Shown: positions 48,758 to 62,807, counted from the whole stretch's first letter. The stretch is 63,875 bases of DNA, filler included, from Olpidium bornovanus S191 (GCA_017911155.1; 34 parts of 34 records of this genome joined end to end with filler, not necessarily neighbours in it), one strand, 5' to 3'. Translations and numbers: made by a program. The notes: generated from the letters alone by a model not told the origin.

Positions 48758-51386
48758 TCACCTCCTCATTCTTTTTCTGCGGTCTGGAAGGCTGTCGGCG
48801 GGATCGCCGTCTTCATCGTCCTCTGCTGGCCGGCCGTCTCCTTGCCCAGGAGAGCGCACGCTGTCCGAGTCGTCTCCGCTCCACTTCCTGGAAGAACCGG
48901 GCTCCTGCTCTCCTCCCGCTTCTCCCTCCGCCTCCCCGGGCTCCCCAAAGCTCTCGGCTTCGCCGTCCGCGTCCGACATGCCCGCCTCGTCGTCGCCCGA
49001 GTCGCCGGCGTCGCTGGCGTGCGTGGCGCTAGGCCCGTCGAGGTCGCTGTCGGCGGCCGGTCTGGGGAGGCCGAGCTCGCGTCTCGGCGTCACGTCGTTA
49101 CCGGAGCGCGCCTCCGCTCGCTCTTCTGTCCGCTCCGCCCTCGGCTTGGTCCTCCTGGTAAGCGGCCGGTCGTCGAACTCCTCCGCCGCAGGGTACGCGG
49201 GCTCCGTGCGCTGTTCTTCGCCGTGACCTTGCCCCGCCGGCTGGCCGCCGTGCCTTGCAGGTGGCCTGCTTACCGGCGTCGCGGGGGCCACTTAGGTCGC
49301 AATAGAACATCAGATTTTACATAACTCCGCATGCCGAAAGGCGCCGGAGCGATTCTCCTCACCTTTACTAGCGCGAAGCTGCCTTAGATATGTCTGGTAC
49401 GGATCCCAATCTCTGCCTTCTGGCCTCAGGCCATTGGCTTCCGCGATCTTCTCGACCTTGTCAGCACTGTCCGACCAGGATCCGCGGGGGTTTATTCAGG
49501 CTCCTCCGCCCACACGGCCCGACGAAAAATTTCAACCTTCGGCTTCCTCTCACGACTTACACTCGCGCGGCGTCATTCCTGGGCAGCAACCCCGCGAACG
49601 GCACCAGAGCGCGGAAAAACTTTAGGGCGCGCGTCACCGCCGAGTGGGCGTTGATTCGACGGTAGCCGGCCGCTTTGGCCAGCGCGTGCTCAGCTCCGGC
49701 CTCGTGAAACTGGACCACCGCCGTTTCGTGGACGGCCGACTTCTGGAACCGCAAGGCCTGCGCGAGAAGTTTTGCAAGGGCGGCCGTGTAGTCCACGCTT
49801 TCCGCGGTGTGCCGCTCGAAAGACTGTCCGGGCGCACGTTGGAAACGGTTAGGTCGGCGACATAGCTAAGAACGGCGTTCGCGCAGCCGGAAGGGCTCCA
49901 TTTGGAATCTTAACCTCTTTCAGCGACTCCAGGCACGTATTTGCCACTTCGTCCCGAACCTCTCCGCCAGCCACTTGGGACGACCACACGTCCCCGACGA
50001 CGTCCGCAAGCTTCTTGCATATCTCGTCGAACGCCGCGTCGAGCCTGCCGTACCACGCGAGGATCAAGCTGGCGTGCTTCGCGTGGATCACTCCGTGCCG
50101 GATCAGCTTAACGATGCCCGCGCTGGCCGTCTTCAAATTGTGGAGCCTGCGAAGCAGCGGCTGAGCACCGTGCGACGCGGTTGCAATTTTCTCGCTGGAT
50201 CGCTTCACGGCGGCCTGCTTGCCGCCGCCCTTCCTGGTCCGCTTCCTCTTGTTCTGCGAACTCTCCGCTCGCCGTGGCCGGCTCCCGTCGTTGTCCTCGC
50301 GTTCTTCCTTTTGTAGAGCGACGTCGGAAGCGTATTGCTCGATGGTCGTGGACACGTGAGTTGCGTAACGCTCCTGCTTTCCGTCGGGAATCACAAGCTG
50401 GACTTTCCTCCCCGCTGCCTCTCCGAGCTCGTTCACCCACCCAGCCGACGAGAGGAGACACACGTCAACCAAGATGTTGAAGGCGGAGTTTCTCACCGCT
50501 TCCGCCGCGCGCGTTGGCCCAAACGACAGCTTCTCCGCGAGAGCGATGACGCGGCGGCGGAACTCGACGAACAGGTCGATGTTCCCGGCATCGGCCTGCT
50601 GCCCCATTTCCGTTCCGAGCCTGAGCGCGAACGAACGCCACAGCAGTAATTGATACAGAGATCGAACAGCCACGAGAACGAGCGGGCCATCCTCCGCCTG
50701 ACCCAGCTTTCCCCTTTCGGCAATTCGTTCCAGAACCGACGTGGCCGCCGTCCCGTTCTGACTATCGTCGAACCCTGACAATGGATTAAGCACTGCCGAG
50801 AATCGTTCCAGCTTCGCCAGCGTCGCGTACAGCTCATCATGTTCGTCGTCGTCGAAGTCGGTGACGGCCAGGTGGTTATTGCCGTCGTTATATTCCGCAA
50901 TTTTTGCAACGAGATCTTCGACGAGCTCGTTCAACCGATCTCGCGCGAGCTCGCCGTACTCATTTGCACGGCTGAGCGCCGCAAGGCAGTGGGCCGCCGA
51001 GTCCATCACGAGCCTGTTGCCGTGTCTGCGAAAAACGTGAATTACGTCGGACACGACCGATTCAAACGCCCGGGGCATTCGAAGCTCGGCGTAGACTCCG
51101 AGATCCATCAAGAGGATCAATGACAACACGTCCCGGAGTCTCTCCGAACTGGCCGAGTACTTCGTGATCAGCTTCGGCAGGGCATCGATTAAGGCGCGAG
51201 AGACGTCGCCTTTGATCTTTTCGGCTGCTTCCTGAGCCTATGCCAATGGGATAAATTCACGACCTTGAGCTTCTTTGACTGCGACTCCGCGACAATTTTC
51301 ACGCAGTAATACCTTTTTCTTGTCCTTCACACGCAAACCTGGAACTGCTTCAGGCGTCGTCAAATAGTAGACGCTGGCAACCATGA
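48758..51386 (-). CDS. SCC3: Cohesin subunit Scc3/SA (STAG), C-terminal part
   Basis: LIDALPKLITKYSASSERLRDVLSLILLMDLGVY..VIHVFRRH..DSAAHCL matches STAG LPMLLSKYSADAEKV..FDLEIY; HEAT-like helices then acidic tail ending 48758. Confidence 0.85.
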
Positions 51387-51486
51387 NNNNNNNNNNNNNN
51401 NNNNNNNNNNNNNNNNNNNNNNNNNNNNNNTTAATTAATTAANNNNNNNNNNNNNNNNNNNNNNNNNNNNNNNNNNNNNNNNNNNN

Positions 51487-53301
51487 CACATGCTCAACAA
51501 CACGCTTGTGCAGCTCTTGCCAGCGCTTCACCCCTTTGTCGTCTTTCAGATCGAAGGTCTTGGTCGCCTTCAGCGTCGGGCCATAAAGTTCTTCCAACTT
51601 CGGCCACCGAGCCAAGTCCGACTTGGTAAATATGCTGGTCAAATTCCTAATGGACGAATGCGCAAACAGGGTCAGAATGAACTTGGGAGCACACGTAGTG
51701 ACACCAACGCTTGGAATAAGCCGCGCACTTGTAAGCTTCCAGCTGCTCCAGGTTGGTATCCGCTTCGATGCGGTGAATGAGATCTGACTGCTCGCTATCG
51801 TATGGCGCGAGAAGAACGTATGATACAACGTTCCTGAGAGCGTCCTTCCACTGTGCCTCGTCAGCCTTAGTGGCCGGGGTGTCGTAGATCTCCCGCCAAT
51901 ACTTGCAGATGTTGAGGTATTCGTCTTGATGGGTGGCGTACTCGATCATAAGTCGGTAGTAGCGAAGTTTGAGGTCCTACGCGGGTCAAAAAAATAATAA
52001 AAAGCTTCGCGGTAGCACGAGGACGGACCATAGCACAGACGTCGCGCATGCAGTTTTAGCACAGGTCTTCCGCGGCCAGCATACCTGATTCTCCTCGTCC
52101 TTGAAGAACTTGACATTGATTTTGCGGCTTATAATCAAAGTGCGTGTGTAGTCCTTTACAGCCAACAGGAGCCGCATTTGTTCCAGAATGAAATCCGTCT
52201 TCTCCCTTTTATCCATCGACCCGTATGTCTCCACCTGCAGCTCCTGCAGGATTTCCGCAGCACCCTTTAAGTCGTTTTGGCTCTCCCTGTAGCTCGAAAG
52301 CATGCGCGTGAGGCGAGCGCGCTCCACCTCGACGTAGATCTGGTGCGATAGTAGTGGGGAAGGAGGTGGCAGCGTGGGGTCGTAAACACAAACTTCCGGG
52401 GGAGGATCTGTTTCCAGGGCCTGTTCACACCTTGCCCTCGGTGACATTTCTGAGTGTGTCGATGAGCTCAAGCTTGGTCTTGACGTCGGGGGTTTTATCG
52501 ATGTATTCCATCGTCTGGAGAACCATCTTTGAAATGGCCTGTACACGTAGACCGCGGTTACGGGCCGACGTATAGGTGGCAACTGCGCAAGAAGGCGGCG
52601 TGACAGCCCTCCACTATTTCACCACCGACCTGCTTCAGTTGGCCATGCTTCTTCGTCAAAAGCACGATATACTCGTTGAGAGTCTTCCAGTCTTTTGCCT
52701 CGAAGCACAACTGCACGATGACACAGAGCAGTCGAGTGGTGGAAGCGAGGTCTGCAGCCTAGGTGTTGAGCGGACGTAAGCGATCGCGCAACTCCGCGGA
52801 AGGTAAGTAGGGGCTCGCCTTGCTTGCGTACCGAACGCGTCTGTTTTTCGAAGACCATCAACTGTTCCAACGCGTCACGAAGCGAGCCATTCTGGAAGGC
52901 GCGAGCCGCAGGTTTCAGGTGTCGGCGGAGCCGTCGGGCAGGAGAGCCCGAGCTTCACAAACGGTCGGAGGCAGCAAAAAACATTTACGCGGGCGAGCGC
53001 CTCGATCCGCGGAAGCTCCGCGTCAAGGATCGGCTTGAAGTCCTTTTCGAGCTTTTGGAGCTGTTTCGTTTGTTGCGATCGAGTCGGCGGAGGCGACAGG
53101 CCGCGGTCTCAGTGAAACGCATCGGGCGCAGTTCCGGCGAGCAGCAACCGGACAGAACCGCTTCGGCGGTCGGCAGCGGGCGTGGTCTCTTCCGCACCCG
53201 CAGGGTCCGTCCGCTTCCGGCGTTTCCCCTCCGCGGCGGCCGCCGGCCCCGCGCCGGCTCTGCACACCGGCTGGACAGACCTTCCCGTCCGACTCCGACA
53301 T
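51487..53301 (-). CDS. RPN5: 26S proteasome lid subunit Rpn5 (PSMD12), multi-exon, 3' truncated
   Basis: MSESDGK|[30 protein letters not shown]|[14 protein letters not shown]|[49 protein letters not shown]. Confidence 0.97.
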
Positions 53302-53487
53302 TGCGGGCGACTCGGCTGTTCTGCTGCTGTTTTCCCGCGTCGGGTGGGTGGGGGGGTTTGTCCCGCTGCGGCAAGGCGGGGGCGGGAGAGGGGCGGGGGG
53401 AGGGGCGGAAGGGGAGATGGCGGAGGGGGGAGATGGCCGGAGCGGGGGCCGGAAGGCGCGGAAGGCGCGGAAGGAGGGAAAACCGGA

Positions 53488-53521
53488 CGAGAGAGGGAGG
53501 AAAGAGACGAGAGAGAGAGAA

Positions 53522-53588
<67 letters not shown>

Positions 53589-53621
53589 GAGAAAGAGAGA
53601 GACCAGAGAGAGAAAGAGACC

Positions 53622-53660
<39 letters not shown>

Positions 53661-53665
53661 AGAGA
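53488..53665. repeat. Long interrupted (GA)n tract upstream of RPN5
   Basis: About 180 bp of GA repeats 190-360 bp upstream of the RPN5 ATG. Confidence 0.9.
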
Positions 53666-54265
53666 GGCGGGCGCGCGACGCGCGATTCCGGCAACAAAGC
53701 GCTTCTTGAGGAACGGCTCACTGTATCGCACCTTTGAATGTGGCCAACAATGGCACAAACCACCAATAGCCTACTTTATGCGCGGGTATCCCTGGGGGCA
53801 AGGTTCGGATGGTATAGGAGTAATATCAGAATAAAACCAATGGACGCGTTTGGTGAATTCCAATCGGTGGAACATAAACAACCAAATAAGTTAAATTGCT
53901 CGTGGGGGAGGGGAGTGAGGGAGGGAGGGAGGGAGGGGAGTAGTGAACGCGTGATTCCCTGATCTAGCCGAGGCTCCACTCCTGCGCCATCTTTTCAAAC
54001 GGCGTAAACGCCGACGGGTGCCCACAATCCTCGGGGATTAAGTGACGCCGGTCGTTCGACGGTGAATTGGGGAGGACGATGGTGCTGTTGGGTGACCTGG
54101 AGCGAAAACTGGGAAAAGGAGGGGAAAGATGATAACCAACGGGGTGAGCCGACCGGTATTTCATGNNNNNNNNNNNNNNNNNNNNNNNNNNNNNNNNNNN
54201 NNNNNNNNNTTAATTAATTAANNNNNNNNNNNNNNNNNNNNNNNNNNNNNNNNNNNNNNNNNNNN

Positions 54266-55435
54266 ATGCTCGCGGAACTCGAGTCCTACGTCAGCTTCGA
54301 GGCCTCCGTCCTCGAGACGCTGCGGTCGGGCATCAAGAGCTTCGCCGAGCTCTGGCAGTCGGACCTGCTGATGCAGCTGTCCATGCTCAACACCGCCCAG
54401 GCGGTCGCCGCCGACCTGAGGGGGAACACCGAGTACGAGGACTTCGCCGCGCGGAACCGCGGGAGGCTGGTCCAGAAGAAGTCCGGCGACGAGAAGGAGG
54501 ACCGCGCGAACCTCCTGAACCAGGTCGGCTACGACAACAGGGACCACCCGCTGTGCACGACCGTGAAAACGGGGAGGCTTATGAAGAAAAGGTCGCTCAC
54601 CGGCTGGAAAGAGACGTACTGGGTCCTCACGGGCACCGGGTGGCTGCACAGCTGTGCGTTTTTTTTTTTTGATCTGCCGCTGCGACGCGCTCTCCCTCTG
54701 TCTCTCAATCGCTTCCTCCTTTCCCACCCCCCTTCACCCCACCCGCCCCCTCCCCTCCCAGTCGCGACCAGCGACATACTCCGGCACGCGGTCCCGGGGA
54801 GTTCAGTATTTGTCGGCGGCTCGCAGCTGGGAGCGCACTCTCTGCAATCCGATCCCAACGGGTTCGAGCTGGTCGAGCAGACCCACCACCCTCTACTTGG
54901 AAGGCGACGGGTAGGTATGATATCATCATCATCGACCGCCGACGTCGCGGGCCTCTCCCCCCGTCCTCCCCCCACACGCGCATTTTTTTTTGTTTTGTTT
55001 CGCGCGCGTGCGCACCCGTCCCCTCATGTTTTTTTTTTCTCGCGGGGGGGCCGGGAGCAAGCGTAAGCACCGGTTCCGAGGCGTGACGTACGCGGAGGCG
55101 ATGGAGTGGTGGACGGCGATCCAGCCGCTGGCGTCTTCGGTGCTGGACCGGCTGAGCTCGGCGGAATCCCTCGACGACGACGGCGACTCCGCCGAGGACG
55201 CGAAGCGGCCCGCGGGGCCAGACGGCGGACTCTGGGACGACGGCCGGGGCGGCGGGGGCCGCTTGGCCGACACGCGGGGCCCGGACCCGACGGCGCGGGC
55301 GCCCGGGCCGTGCCCTCCGAGGATCGAGGTGCACGGCCCCGCTCCGGCTGCCCCGCCGGTCCCGCCGTCGCCGAGAAAAGTGGAAGCCGACCTGCAAGCG
55401 TCGACCGGTTCGTTTTTTTTTTTTCGGGGGGAAAG
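54266..55435 (+). CDS. PH-domain protein resembling Slm1/Slm2 (BAR-PH), partial
   Basis: Helical region then HPLCTTVKTGRLMKKRSLTGWKETYWVLTGTGWLH and C-terminal PH helix HRFRGVTYAEAMEWWTAI. Confidence 0.65.
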
Positions 55436-55535
55436 NNNNNNNNNNNNNNNNNNNNNNNNNNNNNNNNNNNNNNNNNNNNTTAATTAATTAANNNNNNNNN
55501 NNNNNNNNNNNNNNNNNNNNNNNNNNNNNNNNNNN

Positions 55536-56639
55536 CATGATCTTCGGAAAACCGTGCACTTGAAGGATGTTTAAGAACTCAAACGTTTCCTGGGCCATCA
55601 AACAAGAGACCGGTGAGCCGTCCGTTTTAGAATGAGGTTAGCAGCAGTCTATGACACGGTCTCGTAACACACCATCTCGAATCCAAAACTCGCATCCACC
55701 AGCAGCAGCACCAAGTCGGCAAGCTTTGCGATGTCGATCATCGAATTCATGTCGTTGGCACACTCCATGAAAGTCAACCGCCGCTTCTTTCCTGTAGACC
55801 AGCAGGAGCAAGACGCGCCGGAGTCTGATCAGCACGGGCGATGCGACCTTTTTGCCGTCGACGTCTTTACAAAGAGCACGTCCGTACCGCTGACGACGGT
55901 AACAGGTCCCTTAATTTCGCTGAGCGTATGCTTTGTGTACCGCTTTACCAACGACTTTATCAACGTAGTTTTTCCTGACTGAAGAATGTGAAACAAAAAA
56001 GCATCAGATATGTCCTTTCTTTTTCCGTTCGGGTCCGCGCCGACCGCGAGACGCATGGCAAAAACCACCAACGAACGGGCGGAGACGCGGCTCCCCTAAG
56101 GCGGGAGAAAAAATTTATGCTTACTCCAGGCGGGCCAACCACGGCGACCACGACGGGCGGCGGGTCGATTGGCGTCCGGTCTACCTGCGGGACGCGTAGC
56201 TTCTTCTCGCTGAGGTCAAAGTTGCGCCGAGCAGCCTTTTCCGCCTTGGCTTTGCCGGTGAAGGTAAACGCCTGCTCGGGCGGAAAGGCGAGGTCGCCGT
56301 CAGCCAAGCCCGTCCAGGCCGTGCGGGAATCTCCTGCCCCTTCCTCCTCCCCGCCTCTTGCGTGGCTAGTAAAGCGCCCTTTCCCCCCACCCCCCCCCCC
56401 CCCCCCTTCCCCCCCCCCCCCCCCCCCCCCCTTTTCCGCCTTACTCGAGGGTTCGACTCCGCATTTTTGTTCGGGCCGGTCGACTTCGTCGTCGGCTGCT
56501 CCTCTTCCTCCACCGCTACGCTCTTCCGCTCCTGCTCCTTCCTCTTCTTTTTCTTCTCTTCCCTCCGGGCGGTCTTCAGGCCGGCGTGCTTGACGCGGTG
56601 GGTCCGCTGCTTAGGCTTGTTGTCACTACCGGCTGCCAT
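55536..56639 (-). CDS. BMS1: Ribosome biogenesis GTPase Bms1, N-terminal exons
   Basis: NPR|AFTF..DLSEKKLRVPQVDRTP..PPPVVVAVVGPPG|SGKTTLIKSLVKRYTK..GPVTVVSG|KKRRLTFMEC..DIAKLADLVLLLVDASFGFEM|ETFEFLNILQVHGFPKIM. Confidence 0.98.
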
Positions 56640-56715
56640 GGTAGGGGTGGTCCGGACTCAATTTTTTTTTTTTTTTACGTTCGGCCTCAATACCAAATGG
56701 GCGAACACTCGCCCG

Positions 56716-56757
<42 letters not shown>

Positions 56758-56771
56758 CCCCCCCCTTTTTT

Positions 56772-56804
<33 letters not shown>

Positions 56805-56917
56805 GGTTGGGGGGGGGNNNNNNNNNNNNNNNNNNNNNNNNNNNNNNNNNNNNNNNNNNNNTTAATTAATTAANNNNNNNNNNNNNNNNNNNNNNNNNNN
56901 NNNNNNNNNNNNNNNNN

Positions 56918-59313
56918 CATGCGTTCCGCGTACTCCGCCTCGGGAATCACAGAATGCTGCGGTGCCCGCTCGGACGATGAAACAGACGACGCAGACGGCG
57001 AGACGTGCGATTCTGAAGACGTTCGGTCCTCTGAAAGCAAGTGCGATCCAGACGACGCACGTCCGGTGCTCTCTGAGCCCGCATTCGTCCGATGCTGGTT
57101 GGCCGATGGTGGTCTGACGGGAGATGTCGACCCGATCGATCTCGGCGAGTGTAGCAACGAATTTCCCGGTGGGTACCTGTTCATCTCATCAGCCAGGTCA
57201 CCAGTACCTTCAGGATCAACGAAAGTTAAGGCGATCGAAGGTATCTCCGGTTTGAACGACGGGGTAGGCGGATGATTTGCACGCGCGTCCGATGTTTCGT
57301 GGTCATCCGCGTCGTCATCATCATCAATCCATTCGGAGCGCGGCGCCGCCTCCAGGACCTCCACCAACAACAGGTAAGGAACCTGTCGCCCAAATCGAAA
57401 ACAACACCTTCGTTTAGAGGCCCGAGCAGGGTATTTGGCAAATTCACGTTCGTAAGAGACAGCTTACCCTGTCCGCCGAGTTGAGCACCACGGCATCATT
57501 TGGGTTGATACGCACCACCTGCTGGTGCCGTTCGCCGGACCTTTCCGAATTTGCCGAATCACGAGCTTGATTGCTGTAACACCATCGAGGGAGGCACACG
57601 TCGGCAGGAAGGTTATGATTTAGCAGTTCCAACTCTGCCATCAGAGTCGACTGCCGAGCAGGCTTGGGGACCTGGCAAAGCCTGTTTGAGATGTCCACTA
57701 ACGAGCTGATAAACGCAAGCTCCGAGTGGACGTAGTGCAGCGTGTCCTGGACCGCATCAGCGGCCAGCCTGCTCGGGATGGGATACTGGTGCCGGAGGGA
57801 CGACCGCATAGGTGTCGACGGGGCGGACCGAGGGGGCGAGGAAGGCGACTCGTAGATGTCCATGAGGTCCAACTCCTTCTCGGACAGGGAAGCAAATACT
57901 GGCGAGGTCGGCAGCGAATTGGACGTCGAGACCAGGACGGGGGAAACCAGTGATAGGCCGCTCCGTTGGCCACCATGGATGCTCCCATCGGCGGTATGGT
58001 GAGGGCCCCTAGTCCGCTGCGGCCGGCTTGGCAGGTCGTTAAACGCGAAGGCCTTGCCACGGCGGAGGTCTTCCAACGACGGAGAGGCTGGGAGGCTGTG
58101 CGCCTGCGTCGGCAGATTCGACGTCAACCGCGACAGCGAAGACGCCGAAGACGATCGCGGGACTCTAGCCAAAGACGGCGAGGTCGGTGGTGAGGTGCTC
58201 CGCTGGGACGATCTCGATCTTTGCGAGGAGATAAGCGACATTCCTTCCGGTGCGCCCTGGCCATCGACTGGGCCGGCAACCACGCCGAGGTTGTCCGGCG
58301 ACGATAAGTTGTGCGCCGAAGTTATTTGCTGCCTCCGGCCCTCCGTCAACGCCAGCTGCGCAACCCCGCGGGTCAACGTCGGCCCTGAGACACTGGCCAG
58401 AATGCAGCCGATGCCCACAAGGGAGGGCGCTATGTTCTCCCGGATTCTGGTGTCCTCCTCTCGCCGCCGTCTCCGCTGCCACGAAAATCCGCCACCCGGC
58501 GCCGCATAGCCATATCCCGCGCCTGTGTCGTTTTCGTCACTGTCGTTGCCTCCGCCGTAATCGCCGAAGAGAACGTCGTTACACCGCCTCAAGGCCCGCT
58601 CACATATCTTCGCCGGCCAGCCGTTCGGAACATTTGCGAAATCCGACTGGTACGACTGTAAATACCATAGAGTCTGCAACGGCATCGGAGATCGGGCGTT
58701 AGCCTGTTGCGCGCCCAAGGAGCGGACGGTGCAAAAGGCAACGCGTTGCCTTCGGAGCATCTAGCCGGCTTAGTCGTGCGCTGCACAAACATACCAGGAT
58801 TGCCAAGTGCATCGACCGTTCACATCTATACAGGAGGAACTCCTCCAAAACCAGCGAATCTGTTGAACTCGATACGAGGAGATGCCTAAGCGTATTCAAT
58901 AACGTCATCGGCACTGACACACATCAGTACGGGCGGGAGGAAGGGAGATGGGAGGGGGAGTGGGGAGGAAAGGGCGGAGAGCTCCCAGGTCTGGGAGGTC
59001 AGAAGGAACTGGGGCGTCCTTCACAAAGAGCGCTCCGAAAAGCGATCAGACCGGCCGCGTCGCCCTTAGTGGGAGAATGGCGTGTGTTCTCTTTTCCCCC
59101 GCCGAGACAGAAGAAAGGCCCATTTTCTCCAATAACCTACACCAACTGGGGCAGGAAGAACTCGATCTCGTCGTCAGGAAACTTCTTGAGCTCCTCGCAC
59201 AGGTAGTGCTGTATCCCGACCGAGTGCCTGTACTTGAACAGGTAGCTGACTGCGATCCACGAGTTGAAGAAATCCGACGTGAACAACCGCAGCAGCAAGG
59301 CAGAGGAGGACAT
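56918..59313 (-). CDS. PIK1: Phosphatidylinositol 4-kinase III beta (Pik1), N-terminal half
   Basis: MSSSALLLRLFTSDFFNSWIAVSYLFKY..GIQHYLC..EIEFFLPQL; HSELAFISSLVDISNRL..LMAELELLNHNLPADVCLP..VVRINPNDAVVLNSADR|VPYLLLVEVL. Confidence 0.95.
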
Positions 59314-60457
59314 CGTGCGCCCGGAACGTGGTTACTCGGAGCAAAGTCCAGGCAATTTTGGGCCCCTCCTCCACGAGAGAGAAAGCGAAAGGCGGCGCAA
59401 AGAGGGCGGGCGACGGTTGGTGCGTCTTCGGGACGAAAGTAGATGTGATCTCCGGCGCGCCGAGCGGCGCCGTCCTCGGCCCTTCCGCCGCCCTCTCCGT
59501 CGGTCGAAAGCGCCTGAGGGGCGCACTTCACGCGTGGCGCGGGCGTGGCAGGAGAGCGGTGAGCGTGGACGCCGCTCGCGTATCCGCCGCTCGCGTGGGA
59601 TTTTTCTGTGGCGATATTTTTAGGGCCGAAATTCCGGGATATTCAAACCGCAAATGTTCGGGAACAAGCGGCCGGATGCATTACACCATCCACCCCCACT
59701 ATTTCCACATTGAACTTCGGGCGCGCCACTTAGGGACAGTGTTGGAGAAAAGAAGGAAAGAGGATTTCACGTCGAACCGAAGGGCATCTCGCGCGACAGG
59801 AACTACTTCCTCCCGTACACCCCCTTTGAGCTTTGCTCGGACGCCCACCGATTCGCCGATCCGCCGTACGCGACGTCGTGGATGAGCGACGAGGAGCTAG
59901 CACGACTGGTGGAAGACGGGATAAGCGATTCCGTTATCCTAGCGGGTTGAAAGGACGGCGCCGCCACAGAGACTGCAGTGGCGCAACATTGTTTTTATTG
60001 CATTCCACCGATCACGAGTGACTGGCCTTAACGGTAGGCCTTCAGCTCATAGAGCTGTAGTTTTGCTCTTCACAAGCACGTAGGGCTGAATGGGAAACGA
60101 ACAATCATAACCAGTAAGGACAATGCATTCCTTGGCCCAATGGTGCACCATTGCTGGAGCGCGTGCCGCAGGCCGGGGACATTGTGATAAAATTGTCAGA
60201 GTCTTATGCGCACGAGAGATGTAAGCTTTAAACTTTGACAACATCAGCTTTTGGATCATTCAAAAGACGCTCAGCCACCAGCGCACGTGTCTTCTTGCTA
60301 GATTTTCCTGATTTTTCAAGAAAACGTCTTTTGGCCGAACGGCGTCGGCAGTCCATGNNNNNNNNNNNNNNNNNNNNNNNNNNNNNNNNNNNNNNNNNNN
60401 NTTAATTAATTAANNNNNNNNNNNNNNNNNNNNNNNNNNNNNNNNNNNNNNNNNNNN

Positions 60458-61938
60458 CATGTCGGAGCCTGTTCCACGCCGCCGCTACTAGAGGATGTCC
60501 GTCTGGGCGCAACTGCGTCAGATGCCACGAGGTCTCTTCGGCTTTTCCGCAGCAGTGCAATGGCCGAGCTTTCACAAAAGCTGGACCTTGCTCGTTCTCG
60601 TTTGCGGAAGTTCGAAGACAGGAACACTTCGCAGCTGGCCGCGGAGGCGTCATCCTTTCGTGTCGTTAAGATTCCACGGGTCGTTTCTCCACTTGAGAAG
60701 GGCAGCGAAGACTTAGACCGGTGGTTCATCAACATCGGTATCGTCCCGCTGGGCCTCTTGGCTTGGAGGCGCGCTGTGTGGGAAAAAGTTGTTGCCGTTT
60801 TTGAGGGTGACTCTTCGGCGGGTCAGAGGGCTAACGTTTGGCCAGAATCCGAGCGTCGAGTACGTATTCGATATCCGCTTGCTAGTCGAGCGATCTGAGC
60901 ATTTAGCGTTCGGGCAATCTTTCTCGCGCGAGTGGTTGATTGTTAAAGCGCACATCCTGCACCGACAGCTCCAGCTTTTGTTCGAAGAAGCGGGCGCAGC
61001 CGCGGCGAAACGTCAACAGTCGGCAAGGTCTGCGCTAATCCCTGCTCTCGACGCGGCATTGGAAGTCCGACGACTGGACAATATCACAGATATGGGCGAA
61101 TTGCCGCCTCCAAAAACTGCAAAGTTGGACCCGGCGCGGCGGAGCAGTTCGGCCACCGCGTCCGCGCTCGCCACCATCATTCGGCAAACGCAGGCCGCGT
61201 TTGAGTCGACGGATGAAAAAGGGATTGCAAGGGCGGTCGAAGAGGAGGCGCGTCGTATCACCTTCCGCGCGTTCCGACTCCAGGTCAGATCCTGATAACA
61301 AGTTTTTCAATTTCCGTCGTCGGTCGGACGGATTTATGGTTGTTTTAACGGACCAGGTTGGGCGAACGCTGATAATCCTTCCAGTTCTCGATCTTTTCGC
61401 TCGCGGCCGGCTTGACATATCTGCAATTTCCGCTCCTTTTCCATTTGCCGGCCAGCATTGTCGGATCTCTAATCGGTGTGTACACGCGTTTATAACTTTT
61501 CCGTGGGTGCGCGGTTCCACGAAATTATGGCCAATTCTCTGCAGCTTATCTCAGTTGTTACTCATGCGGATAGGAATTTGCTGGACGAGATATCAATGGG
61601 ACCGCGTGAGAAGGCAGGCGCTCGAGGCGCTGGCAGCCCTACAGACGTCGATGGCACAGGAAATCCTGGTATTTGGCGGGCGAATTATGGCTTGCAAGGG
61701 ACGGTTTGTTCACTGGGACAGCGGCATCGTTGCTGAAGCCGCTGTTTTTGTGTTGCAGGCCATCTACAATTCCGAACACGACCGGGCGAACGTGATTCCC
61801 GTTCGACGCGCGGTAGACGAAGTGGACGCGACGATCTCGGAGTGCGAGCGGTGGTTGAGAGACCGAGATTTGGAGTTGGATGACGTTGAGCGCGCGCTTG
61901 GAGATGTCCTTGCGTCACCACCGTACACGCAGGGGTAA
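60458..61938 (+). CDS. 3' exons of an unidentified helical-repeat protein
   Basis: Long open segments (60789-61290; 61580-61938) with AG/GT borders, e.g. WDRVRRQALEALAALQ..CKGRFVHW..AVFVLQAIY; stop 61936-61938. Confidence 0.5.
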
Positions 61939-62422
61939 ACCCGTACGAAAGCACCCTCGGTTTCTTTCAATTAAGTAGAAAATCCGCTGAGGACGGAGGG
62001 GGTTTACTTTTTACGGGCTAGGCCGAACGCGGATTAACGTCGCCAGCTTTTAGAAACGGGCCGCTCAAACCCCACTGTAGGGTTGTGCCTTCTGAAGGTT
62101 CCGTGCTAGGAAGGGTGGGGTCAGGCGGCTGGCTGATCTACGGTGTGCGGTCGCCTCGCCTGTGTCGAGCGGTGGCCGCGGAGCGGACCCAAACGTTGGG
62201 CTTACCGGAACGAGGACACCGGGCATTTTTACGACGGTGTGAGTTGGCAGGAGAGGCAAACGCGAAGGGCAAAGCGCCGGTTATATGCGGAGCGCAAAGC
62301 AGGCCCAAACCTGCGTTTCCGGCCCGGCCAGCGAAAACAAGTCCATTTCCGGGGAAATGACGCGTGCGCGCTTGTCCGGATCAGGCTTCGGAAGGGGGAA
62401 TTCCTTCCCCCACTTCCCCCTC

Positions 62423-62471
<49 letters not shown>

Positions 62472-62623
62472 CCCGGCCCCCCCCCCCCCCCCCCCNNNNN
62501 NNNNNNNNNNNNNNNNNNNNNNNNNNNNNNNNNNNNNNNTTAATTAATTAANNNNNNNNNNNNNNNNNNNNNNNNNNNNNNNNNNNNNNNNNNNNGGGGA
62601 GGGGTGGGAAGACGACAACGTAC

Positions 62624-62807
62624 CGCAAAAACCGAACCTGCTGCAGCAGTGGGTGCTGTCCGCGCAGGCAGCCCCGCCCTTTTGCGAACCGCAGGTGCCG
62701 ATACCGTTGTTCGGCGCCGGTTTGTTCCCGGTCGACTGCGCCGGCGCGCCGACAGCGAGGAGGGCCAAAACGGCGAGGAGAATCGGGACGGACTTGACGG
62801 CGACCAT
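62624..62807 (-). CDS. Secreted hevein-type chitin-binding (CBM18) protein, first exon
   Basis: Signal peptide MVAVKSVPILLAVLALLAVGAPAQ then CGSQKGGAACADSTHCCSRFGFCG, GTACGT donor. Confidence 0.92.

Noticed and set aside
52824-53834. 336-aa and 257-aa ORFs over the RPN5 promoter
   Set aside because: Produced by the GA tract and GC-rich DNA lacking stops; overlap real RPN5 exons in wrong frames.
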